Virus record (IMG/VR): IMGVR_UViG_3300013005_000034
Span: 9,652 to 73,651 of that record
Length of the DNA: 64,000 nt
Direction: 5' to 3' (one strand)
Origin: a virus
A model generated the notes under the pieces. It was not told where the DNA came from and made no database searches. It saw nothing but the letters and a program-made list of their open reading frames with translations. Shown piece after piece: positions 8,846 through 17,209 of this stretch (positions within the stretch are counted from its first letter, which is position 1; each line of letters opens with the position of its first letter). Made by a program: the position numbers and the translations under genes.

Positions 8846-9100
8846 ATGATACTAAAGTTTAAATACGGTTTTGAATACAATGATTTTCTTTATGGATGGA
8901 ACAATAAAGAATTATACAGATTGCCCTCTAAGAGTGGCAATAAATCTTATGGATTAAAGAAATTAGATTCTATTGTAGTTGGTAACTCAATTGGATATAG
9001 AATTAAACAACAAAAGTTCTCTTTAAAACAACTTAAAGATAGAACGATATTCATAGACAAAGAATATCAAGTTATTAGCGATACAGTTGATATACCTTAA
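8846..9100 (+). CDS. hypothetical protein, weakly similar to 12605-12853
   Basis: ELYRL...GYRI...FS pattern resembles EIYQL...YYRI...YS. Confidence 0.6.
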   Translation: MILKFKYGFEYNDFLYGWNNKELYRLPSKSGNKSYGLKKLDSIVVGNSIGYRIKQQKFSLKQLKDRTIFIDKEYQVISDTVDIP

Positions 9101-9151
9101 AAAATCACAAACAAACAATAAACCAAAACACAAATCAAAATCACAAACAAC

Positions 9152-10345
9152 ATGAAAAGACAAACCACCCTCGCAGAATTGGTAACGGAGTTGAAAGACC
9201 AAAATCTGCAAAAAAAAGATTTCGTAGTTCCTGCAAATCTTTTATCAATGGAAAATGGAAAATTAGTAGTGAACAATTATAGTTCAAACGATTCTCTACA
9301 AAAGATACTTACAGAAGTAGGTATTCAATCAGAGGATTCCAATAAACTAATTTTAAATTGCTTACCTGTAATTCATCAAAACTTATCAGATAAATGCGAT
9401 ATTCCTCGTAAATACTATAATCGTATTCAAGGACTAAAAGACCAAACACTAATTGATACAAATGTTACTCATTGGTTAAAATCCATGAAAGGAAATGTTT
9501 TTTTAAGAACATTTATTGACAAAGATGAACAAAATGGATTCGCAAGAGCATTACTTTCAGATAGATATAACGTAATTGATAACTTTGATGTTTTATTAGC
9601 TACACTTGAAGCAGTTAAGAATAGTGGATTAAACTTAAAGATTGAAGATAACGGTTGTGATTTATCAGAATCTAAAATGTATGTAAGATTTGTTGCTCCT
9701 GAAATTGAAATTAACGCACCCGATTTATTAAAAAACTACAAAAATCCAAAAGGTAATAGTAATGTAGGTGATGGTATTATTACTGGATTTGTTGTTACTA
9801 ATAGCGAAATAGGGCAAGGTTCATTTAATATCAGTCCAAGAGCTGTTATATTAAAGTGCCAAAACGGAATGGTATTTAAAAATGATGCCTTTGGTAAAAT
9901 TCACTTAGGTTCAAAAATGGAACAATATTCTCAAATTGATTGGAGCGAAGAAACTAAAAGAAAAAATTACGAGTTAATTCAGGCGCAAGTAAAAGATGCG
10001 GTTAAGAAATTCACAAGCGAAGATTTTTTAGCACAAAAAATAAGTGAATTAAACGAATATGCTGAAATTGAATTAAAACATCCTATTGAAACAGTTAAGA
10101 ATGTTAGCAAATTATTAAACATTACCGAAGAAAAAGAAAAAAGTATTCTTGACTTCTTTATGAGAGGTGGCGATTTTAGTTACATGGGAGTAAGTCAGGC
10201 ATTAACATTCTTTGCTCACGAAACAAAAGATGCAGACGAAGCTCACGATTTAGAAACAACAGCTATTGAAATTTTACCAAAAATTAAAGAGTTGGATAAA
10301 CCCTCTGTTTCAAAATCAGTTAAAACTCAAATGAGTTTAAATTAA
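9152..10345 (+). CDS. DUF932/DUF945-like phage protein
   Basis: RALLSDRY..IDN, ITGFVVTNSEIG.GS...P....L.CQNGM and HLG motifs. Confidence 0.72.
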   Translation: MKRQTTLAELVTELKDQNLQKKDFVVPANLLSMENGKLVVNNYSSNDSLQKILTEVGIQSEDSNKLILNCLPVIHQNLSDKCDIPRKYYNRIQGLKDQTLIDTNVTHWLKSMKGNVFLRTFIDKDEQNGFARALLSDRYNVIDNFDVLLATLEAVKNSGLNLKIEDNGCDLSESKMYVRFVAPEIEINAPDLLKNYKNPKGNSNVGDGIITGFVVTNSEIGQGSFNISPRAVILKCQNGMVFKNDAFGKIHLGSKMEQYSQIDWSEETKRKNYELIQAQVKDAVKKFTSEDFLAQKISELNEYAEIELKHPIETVKNVSKLLNITEEKEKSILDFFMRGGDFSYMGVSQALTFFAHETKDADEAHDLETTAIEILPKIKELDKPSVSKSVKTQMSLN

Positions 10346-10362
10346 TAATTTAGGAAATAAAA

Positions 10363-10386
10363 AAAGGGGGAAATCACGCCCCCTTT
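10363..10386 (+). terminator. stem-loop, probable intrinsic terminator
   Basis: AAAGGGGG-aaatcacg-CCCCCTTT after the stop codon. Confidence 0.55.
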
Positions 10387-10499
10387 CTAAACCAAAGACA
10401 CTATGTCAAAATAACACTAACGCCACAATAGGCGATACTAAATTATAAATTAAATAAACAATTAATTAATTTTTATATTATACAACTAAATTGTAAAAA

Positions 10500-11387
10500 A
10501 TGAACATCAGTCAATCACTACTAAAATCCCTATTAGATTATCGTAATGGAAAAGAATGTGGATTAATATTTAAGGCAAAGTATATAGATGGAAGATACGA
10601 TTTATTTCCTCCCTCCGATGCACAAAATGTAGGTGCATGGTTTGAATATATGGCTACTGGTAGCATACCTAAAAATGGTATAGTGCCAAAAGCAGAATAT
10701 ATGAAAAGAGGTAAAGATGAAAATGGCAACCCTGAACTTACTGCCGATTATCGCTTAATGAGAGAACATATAGATAATTTCAAAAAGAATATGGAGAGTT
10801 ACTCATTAGATATTATTACAGCAGGAGAAGATATTAAAGTTTTATATCCTAATTCTTTAGAAGAATATGGAGAAGAAGTTTATTTAACAGGAACTCTTGA
10901 TGTAAGAGCAAGAGCAAATAAAGATATTTTTGCTAAATACCAAGATACTATCGTTAAGGTAGCTTCAAAAGATGAAGAAGTTATTATTGATATTAAAACG
11001 ACTGGATTGTTAGACGATAAATGGTCGGAAATGGGCTGGGAGATTAATAATCTATCAAATAAAATTAAACTTGTTACTCAACCTGTTCACTATAAATTTA
11101 TTGAGTATTTAAAAACAGACAAAGATGTACCTTTTATATTTATGTTGTTCAATTCTAAAAACTCAAAAGATGCAAGAATTATTGATTTTAAAGTTGATAG
11201 TTCATCTTTTGAAGAACATAAAGCGTTTATTGAATCGGGAGTTGAAAATATGTTGCATTTGAGAAAATATGGTTTCAAAGCGTTGCCATCACTTGAAAAA
11301 TGTTCAAAATGTCCTTTGAATACTGATTGTAAGTTTAAAGCAGAAATTTCGCCAATAACTATATTTTATTTTGCTCATCAGGTTTAA
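10500..11387 (+). CDS. PD-(D/E)XK exonuclease, Cas4/AddB-like
   Basis: GTLDV...IIDIKT core; N-terminal Cys plus C-terminal CxxCP-x4-C as possible Fe-S ligands. Confidence 0.75.
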   Translation: MNISQSLLKSLLDYRNGKECGLIFKAKYIDGRYDLFPPSDAQNVGAWFEYMATGSIPKNGIVPKAEYMKRGKDENGNPELTADYRLMREHIDNFKKNMESYSLDIITAGEDIKVLYPNSLEEYGEEVYLTGTLDVRARANKDIFAKYQDTIVKVASKDEEVIIDIKTTGLLDDKWSEMGWEINNLSNKIKLVTQPVHYKFIEYLKTDKDVPFIFMLFNSKNSKDARIIDFKVDSSSFEEHKAFIESGVENMLHLRKYGFKALPSLEKCSKCPLNTDCKFKAEISPITIFYFAHQV

Positions 11388-11392
11388 TATAT

Positions 11393-11400
11393 TATGTTTG
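11393..11400 (+). promoter_or_regulatory. Bacteroidota-type -7 promoter element
   Basis: TATGTTTG matches TAnnTTTG upstream of the GIY-YIG gene. Confidence 0.55.
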
Positions 11401-11404
11401 TATC

Positions 11405-11520
11405 GCACAATTCAACTAAAATGAAATTACAAAAAAAATATTTAAAAAAAACCTTTAAGCAAGTAGGAATCCTCTATTTTTAGTTGATTGTGCAACCTAC
11501 TTGCGAGAAGGGATTTTTAA
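11405..11520 (+). promoter_or_regulatory. structured 5' leader with a 20-aa uORF
   Basis: 11405-11421 is complementary to 11478-11493 and 11459-11467 to 11496-11504; uORF at 11421-11483. Confidence 0.5.
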
Positions 11521-11522
11521 TC

Positions 11523-12335
11523 ATGGAAACATCATTAATTATTGAAATTTCATCTTTGCCTTGTATAGATGATAAAAGAGGGCGTTATAGAACAATAGAA
11601 TTATATCCAAAAATTAGTGGAATTTATAAAATAACATCTCCTAATGGCTCTATTTATATTGGTTTATCAAATGATATTTATTATAGGATTTATAGTTGTT
11701 ATAAGAAATTAAGATGTAAGGCTCAACATAAAATATATAATTCTTTAATTAAATATGGTATTGATAATCATAAATTTGAAATTATTCATATTGTTGAAAA
11801 TTTTGAAGAATATGAGAAAATTAAAATTTTAAGAAAATTAGAAATAGCTTATATACAAAAATATAATTCATTTTATGGAAATAATAATTTTGGAATGAAT
11901 TTAACAAAAGGAGGCGAAATAATTGAATTAACAGATGAAACTAAAAAAATAATGAATGATAAGAAAAAAGGTAGGATTGTTTCCCAAGAAACAAGAGAAA
12001 AGTTAAGGAAAATAAATTTAGGTAAAAAATTATCACAAGAACATAAAGATAAAATTAGTATATCTCATAAAGGAAAAATTGTTTCAGAATTAACAAAAAA
12101 AAGATTAAGTGAATCTCACAAAGGAGAAAAACATAGTTTTGAACGAATACAAAAAAAAATTGGAAGTAAACAAAATCCTGAAACAATAAAAAAAAGAATT
12201 GATAAGATTAGCGGTATTAATCATTGGACAAAAAAATATGGCGGTCATTCAGAGCAAACAAAGATAAAAATAAGTATATCACTCAAAGAAAGGCATAAAA
12301 AAATGTCTAATAAGAATGAAAAAAACACTAATTAA
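11523..12335 (+). CDS. GIY-YIG homing endonuclease with NUMOD3 repeats
   Basis: SGIYKIT...IYIG, MNLTKGG and repeated SxETxxKIS.xxKG; likely start ATG 11523. Confidence 0.88.
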   Translation: METSLIIEISSLPCIDDKRGRYRTIELYPKISGIYKITSPNGSIYIGLSNDIYYRIYSCYKKLRCKAQHKIYNSLIKYGIDNHKFEIIHIVENFEEYEKIKILRKLEIAYIQKYNSFYGNNNFGMNLTKGGEIIELTDETKKIMNDKKKGRIVSQETREKLRKINLGKKLSQEHKDKISISHKGKIVSELTKKRLSESHKGEKHSFERIQKKIGSKQNPETIKKRIDKISGINHWTKKYGGHSEQTKIKISISLKERHKKMSNKNEKNTN

Positions 12336-12627
12336 AAGAAAAAAATTAAGTAAGAGTTTAAGAATAAAAATATTTGAGAGGGATAATTATGAATGTCAGT
12401 TGTGCTATGACAATTTAATAGATAAAAAAGATTTAAGAGTAATAGACCATAAAATACCTCTTTCAAAAGGAGGCAGTAACTCAATATCAAATCTTTGGCT
12501 ACTTTGTAATGATTGTGATAAAAGAAAGAAAAATAAATTGTTTCCTGAATTGATGAAACAATACATAAAGGGTAAGTTAAATTATCTTTCTAATTTAAGA
12601 TTTAATGGAAATCGTTATAATAAGTGA
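12316..12627 (+). CDS. HNH endonuclease
   Basis: RDNYECQLC...DHKIPLSKGG.N...NLWLLCNDC. Confidence 0.85.
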   Translation: MKKTLIKRKKLSKSLRIKIFERDNYECQLCYDNLIDKKDLRVIDHKIPLSKGGSNSISNLWLLCNDCDKRKKNKLFPELMKQYIKGKLNYLSNLRFNGNRYNK

Positions 12628-12853
12628 ATATGAAAATTTACCTTACATAGTTAAAAGCGAGAATGGAGAAATATATCAGTTAAGTTATTATGATACTAAA
12701 AAAAGAATTAAAAAATACAAAATATTAATACCTAAAGAGCATAACGGAAGTATGTATTATAGAATTAATAGTGAGAGATATTCAGATTATAGATTAAAAA
12801 CAATTGAGATTAAAGTTTATAAAAGAATTAACCTAAATAAAATAAAAAAATGA
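12605..12853 (+). CDS. hypothetical protein
   Basis: Operon ORF; weak similarity to 8846-9100. Confidence 0.55.
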   Translation: MEIVIISEYENLPYIVKSENGEIYQLSYYDTKKRIKKYKILIPKEHNGSMYYRINSERYSDYRLKTIEIKVYKRINLNKIKK

Positions 12854-13140
12854 AACCATTAAAAATCAAAGGAGTTAAATTAAAAAAAGGAGAAGAATTA
12901 TTACATTATTATCCTTTTTGTTATTGCATAGCAAAATCTACTGAAAGTAGTGCTTTATTTGTAATACCTCCACAAAATAAAGGAACTGTTGCAGATAATG
13001 GTTATTTAAGCGTTTGTTTTGATTATAAATTATGTAAAGATGTAAAAGTAGGAGATTGGTGCGAAGTAGGTTATATAAGTGATTATAGTAAAGGAGAAAA
13101 TAAAGTGCTTAAAATATTAAAATCTAAAAAAAATAAATAA
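12850..13140 (+). CDS. hypothetical protein
   Basis: ATGA overlap with the upstream gene. Confidence 0.55.
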   Translation: MKPLKIKGVKLKKGEELLHYYPFCYCIAKSTESSALFVIPPQNKGTVADNGYLSVCFDYKLCKDVKVGDWCEVGYISDYSKGENKVLKILKSKKNK

Positions 13141-13372
13141 TATGAATAAAAAAATTAATATTATAGGAATCATTATTTTTTTATTTTCTCTTTCATATTT
13201 AACAATATACACTATGATTATTGATTTATATTATGGTATATCTATGGGATTAATTTCAATTTTATTTATAATAATTATATTAAAAAGTAAAAAAAAGAAA
13301 AATGAATAAGTATGGAAAATAAAAATACTTTCTATGGGATTGAAATATTTAAAAACTAAAAAAAATAAAAAT

Positions 13373-13410
13373 AAATAAAAACAAACAAAATGAAAACAAC
13401 AAAAACAAAA
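13373..13410 (+). repeat. 38-bp direct repeat, copy 1
   Basis: AAATAAAAACAAACAAAATGAAAACAACAAAAACAAAA, identical to 15554-15591. Confidence 0.7.
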
Positions 13411-13434
13411 ACAAAAATGAAAACAACAAAAAAA

Positions 13435-13662
13435 ATGGAACACAAAAATTTGAATACAAAAGAAACCGCCAATAGCGATTTAGGTGCTGTTAGCGGTAGT
13501 TTGAGGGAACAATCTCTTGAATGGTTTTTCGCAAAAAGTGAAATTGAGAAACACGATTTAAAAGACAAACACTTTCCAAACACACCAATACAGCATAGTA
13601 GGCAATGGGGATTTCATTTCACTTTTGGTCAAATTGAGGAAATGTATGTTAAAGAACGGTAA
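13435..13662 (+). CDS. cassette protein starting within an att-like site remnant
   Basis: MEHKNLNTKETANSDLGAVSGSL reads across GCTGTTA; 14/15 IR at 13489-13503 / 13663-13677. Confidence 0.7.
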   Translation: MEHKNLNTKETANSDLGAVSGSLREQSLEWFFAKSEIEKHDLKDKHFPNTPIQHSRQWGFHFTFGQIEEMYVKER

Positions 13663-13740
13663 CAAATTACCGCTAACGGTTTGCAAATATATTTCAGTTG
13701 CGGTAAAAATAATAATAACTTAATTAAATAAATAAAAAAA

Positions 13741-14295
13741 ATGGAAAACACAAAAAAAGCATACAAAGAAATATTTAAAGTCTTAAATAAATATAAAGAT
13801 GTTATTGTTATTGATATTAAAACATTAGAGGAAAAATCAAAACTCCATTTATTTGGATTAGAATTAAAAGAAGTTTACGGACTTGAAATCAATGAGAAAC
13901 GTATCAATAATATGCAATATCAGGAATTAAAAGACAACGTATATCTAACTTTTATTGATAGCGAAACGAGAACTATAAGCTGGGAAGATAATGGCAAAAA
14001 ACCAAAAGGAGAAAGTTTGATTAAGTTTAGTTATCCAACAGGAGCTTACATTTTTGGTGGAGATTATCCTACTGATTTTTTCCAAAAGTTTTTTTTAGAA
14101 TTGAAATCATTTAATCCCGATTATTGCGATAGCGCCAATAAAAGCCTGTATTTTAAATTGGAAAATGCAAAAGAAATATTTAATAGTTATGATTCAATAA
14201 TAAAAAAATATTACGAATTAAACAAAGAAGATATTAAACAAAGACAGATTTTAAAAATGAAAGCCGATTTAGAAAAATTAGAAGCAAGTAAGTAA
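13741..14295 (+). CDS. cassette-associated hypothetical protein
   Basis: Lies between half-site 13674 and complete site 14333. Confidence 0.7.
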   Translation: MENTKKAYKEIFKVLNKYKDVIVIDIKTLEEKSKLHLFGLELKEVYGLEINEKRINNMQYQELKDNVYLTFIDSETRTISWEDNGKKPKGESLIKFSYPTGAYIFGGDYPTDFFQKFFLELKSFNPDYCDSANKSLYFKLENAKEIFNSYDSIIKKYYELNKEDIKQRQILKMKADLEKLEASK

Positions 14296-14332
14296 CGCAC
14301 CCACAGGCGGGGAGGGTTTTAAAACTTGTACC

Positions 14333-14381
14333 TAACGGTTTGTGTATAAAAAATCGTTTTAATGTTTTTTATACGCTGTTA
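14333..14381. repeat. attC-like hairpin site (array 2)
   Basis: 48/49 identical to 7850-7898. Confidence 0.85.
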
Positions 14382-14484
14382 TAACCAGTAGGGATTATTA
14401 AGTACAAATGCTCATTCGGAGAAGTAAACAAAAAATTAAAACAAAAAAAGTGTAGGGAATAATTAATCAATTAAATAATAAAAA

Positions 14485-15357
14485 ATGACAACAGAAAAAC
14501 AATTTGGCGACTTATCACATTTTGCAAAAAGAGATGTAGAACTTTTTAGAAGTTCAGACCAAAACGAAACCGCTATCTATTTTACGGAATTAGAAGATAA
14601 GCAAAGAGAAACTGCGAAAGCGTTTTTTGAAATACTGCGATTTGGCTTGGATGGTGGCGACCATCAAATATATGTTCGTTTCCCAAATACTGACCATTTT
14701 GTAGAAATGATTGGTGGTGGATTTGGTTCAGGTAGAGGGTATATGAAAGTAGCTGATGGTAAAAATGTTTGGGAGGATAAAAACAAAGCACCATTTAGAA
14801 TCTATTCACATAATAAGGATTTACTTTTCATAATTGGTAGAACTGATTGGACTGGAGAATTTAATTTTATGACAAAAGTTGCAAGTTATGATAAAGGAAA
14901 TCCATTCAATCATCCTTATCCTAATGAAACATTTGTGAATTTCAAAGAGATTGAAAAAGCACTTTCAATGAAATATTTAAAGATACCTGAAAGTATAAGA
15001 AAGATTGAATATTGCTACAAAACTAAAGATACAACACCAAAATATTTTGTAGTGGATTATCCAGCTTACAATTTCAAATATGACAACCATAGATTTTTTG
15101 TGATTGAAAATGAACATATAAAAGAATTTGGGATTAAAAACTTTGTAAGATACAAAGATGGTGGAACAACTATCATTACTGTAACCGATGAAAACGGAAT
15201 TGAACACAAATTCTTTTCACCAACATCATTGCCTGAAAAAACGCTTTGTGAAAAGTGGGATAAAACTGAATTGATAGAAGCAAGTGAAACTGAAAAGCAA
15301 AAACTTACAGAACTTTTGAATTTGAATGTAGAACCAAATATAGTTGACAAAGAATAA
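14485..15357 (+). CDS. cassette-borne hypothetical protein (290 aa)
   Basis: 14/15 IR at 14378-14392 / 15432-15446, plus inner perfect 21-bp IR at 14429-14449 / 15381-15401. Confidence 0.75.
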   Translation: MTTEKQFGDLSHFAKRDVELFRSSDQNETAIYFTELEDKQRETAKAFFEILRFGLDGGDHQIYVRFPNTDHFVEMIGGGFGSGRGYMKVADGKNVWEDKNKAPFRIYSHNKDLLFIIGRTDWTGEFNFMTKVASYDKGNPFNHPYPNETFVNFKEIEKALSMKYLKIPESIRKIEYCYKTKDTTPKYFVVDYPAYNFKYDNHRFFVIENEHIKEFGIKNFVRYKDGGTTIITVTDENGIEHKFFSPTSLPEKTLCEKWDKTELIEASETEKQKLTELLNLNVEPNIVDKE

Positions 15358-15442
15358 TCATTTAGTCATTTGTGTGTGGATTTTTTTGTTTTAATTTTTT
15401 GAACGATAAAGTTAATTCGGAGCAGTCCACACCTATTGGTTA

Positions 15443-15531
15443 TAACTTATTTATTTGCGCTACAATTAAGGAAATAAAAAGTTATTAACAATAGTATAAT
15501 TATGTAAAATAATTACTAATTTTGACCACAA
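15443..15531 (+). repeat. 89-bp array-terminal element, copy 2
   Basis: 82/89 identical to 8757-8845; TAATTTTG at 15517-15524. Confidence 0.8.
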
Positions 15532-15553
15532 TACAGAAAATAAGAAGCACGAG

Positions 15554-15591
15554 AAATAAAAACAAACAAAATGAAAACAACAAAAACAAAA
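15554..15591 (+). repeat. 38-bp direct repeat, copy 2
   Basis: Identical to 13373-13410. Confidence 0.7.
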
Positions 15592-15597
15592 TAAAAA

Positions 15598-16413
15598 ATG
15601 AAAACAAAAATGAAAACAAAAATTGTAACATTAGCAATCGCATTAGTATTAATTTTAACATCATGCGGAACACTTGTAGAGCCTAACTATGGTGGTGTAT
15701 TAATGCAAAATTATGGAAAGAATGGTAAATCAGATTTTACCGAAGTTCAGGGGAGGGTATCAACTTGGGGTATGGGAACGGAATTGTATCAAGTGCCTAT
15801 GTGGGAGCAAAGAGGACAAGTAGATGATACATTACATTTAATTTCTGCCGATAATAACGAAATTGAAGCATACCCTAAATATTCATATCAGGTAAACAAA
15901 GGTCGTTTAGTTGATGTAGTATTTGATAATAGACAATTAGGAAAGGGAAAAGAATTTTTATCATCTGTTGAAAGTAATTCTTTAGAACCAAGAATTTATG
16001 ATATTATAAAAGAAGAAAGCCGTAAATATATTACTGATACCCTTATGTCTATTGGTGGTGCTTTAAAGTTTGAAAAGGATTGTGAGGCATTAGTTAGAAA
16101 AGCATTTGAAGATAAAGGTTTCAAACTATTAACTTTTGTCGCTCAACTTAAATATTCCGATAAAGTTCGAGAAAAGATTGACCAAAGATTAGAGGTTAAT
16201 ACAAACATATCGGTTATTGACCAACAAATAGCAGAACAAAAGAAAAAGAATGAATTGGAAAAGTTAAGAACAGAGTTTATTCTTATTCAAAATCAGGCAT
16301 TAACACAAGCATACCTACAAAACAAATGGCTTGACAAATGGGATGGTAAGTTAAGCACTTATAGTTCAAATGGTAATATGCCTATTCCAATGATTAATGC
16401 AAATCAAAAATAA
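15598..16413 (+). CDS. SPFH/band-7 domain lipoprotein
   Basis: Lipobox LTSC, V.P.Y.GV motif and C-terminal coiled coil ending WLDKWDG.L. Confidence 0.75.
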   Translation: MKTKMKTKIVTLAIALVLILTSCGTLVEPNYGGVLMQNYGKNGKSDFTEVQGRVSTWGMGTELYQVPMWEQRGQVDDTLHLISADNNEIEAYPKYSYQVNKGRLVDVVFDNRQLGKGKEFLSSVESNSLEPRIYDIIKEESRKYITDTLMSIGGALKFEKDCEALVRKAFEDKGFKLLTFVAQLKYSDKVREKIDQRLEVNTNISVIDQQIAEQKKKNELEKLRTEFILIQNQALTQAYLQNKWLDKWDGKLSTYSSNGNMPIPMINANQK

Positions 16414-16420
16414 AATCATA

Positions 16421-16639
16421 ATGAAAAAAATATTTAAAATAGCCATAATCTTTTGTGTTATGGCTTTATGTTCCTGCGATTGCGAAGAACATAAATATAG
16501 AATAATATCAAATGGGGATGTTTATTTCTCAAATGAATACAAAAAAGAAGGCGACTGCATAAAGTTTACCAATTACGACAATGGTAAACTAACAATATGC
16601 GGTAACTATTCAATAGTAGAAACAATTTCAACACAATAA
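16421..16639 (+). CDS. small lipoprotein
   Basis: Signal peptide with LCSC lipobox. Confidence 0.55.
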   Translation: MKKIFKIAIIFCVMALCSCDCEEHKYRIISNGDVYFSNEYKKEGDCIKFTNYDNGKLTICGNYSIVETISTQ

Positions 16640-16641
16640 CA

Positions 16642-17205
16642 ATGAAAAATACAAAAAAACAAAAAACAAACTATCCATTGTATTATAAATACATAGGGGT
16701 TACAACAACAGAGGGTTTTACTAAAGATAGAATTTATAAAATTATAAATCGAGAACATTTAGAAACACCTTGCAATTTCATAGATGATTATGGCAAAAAA
16801 AATGGACATTCAGGCAATAATCATAAATATTTTAAACCATCAACATTAAAAGCATTTATGCAACAAGAATCTTTAAATAAAAAAACAAGTATGAAAACAA
16901 CAAAAAAAACATTAGTAAATACAGATACTAATGGAGCAAAGAAAAACGTAAAAGATATTCAGTTTTTCGGAGATGGCGATACTTTTAAATTAATTAGCAA
17001 AGCATCATCTGTTAAAGAAGGTTGGATGAAATCAACCAAAGCAATGCAAATTGATACTGTTGGTTGTGTTGTTCAGGTTACTACACAGCAAGGTAATAAT
17101 ATTGCCGAAGCAGTTACTTTCGTTCCTAATGTAAAAATAAAGGAAACAAAAGATAAAGAGGGTAAAGTTATTTCAAGAAAACTAATAGCAATATATAATA
17201 TTTAA
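16642..17205 (+). CDS. two-part phage protein; C-terminal half resembles a common phage domain
   Basis: Internal ATG 16891 precedes KASS..EGWMKSTKAM....GCVVQVTTQQ. Confidence 0.6.
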   Translation: MKNTKKQKTNYPLYYKYIGVTTTEGFTKDRIYKIINREHLETPCNFIDDYGKKNGHSGNNHKYFKPSTLKAFMQQESLNKKTSMKTTKKTLVNTDTNGAKKNVKDIQFFGDGDTFKLISKASSVKEGWMKSTKAMQIDTVGCVVQVTTQQGNNIAEAVTFVPNVKIKETKDKEGKVISRKLIAIYNI

Positions 17206-17209
17206 AACA

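Larger units (their letters stand above)
13435..15531. mobile_element. integron-like gene cassette array 2 (3 cassettes, partly eroded)
   Basis: Right half-site at 13489, left half-site at 13674, complete site at 14333-14381 and terminal element at 15443-15531. Confidence 0.75.

Noticed and set aside
10416-10440. CACTAAC followed by a small stem as a further att-like site
   Set aside because: No matching GTTA arm and no upstream complementary flank
10500-11387. CRISPR-associated Cas4
   Set aside because: No cas1/cas2 or array is present; stand-alone Cas4-like exonucleases are common in phages
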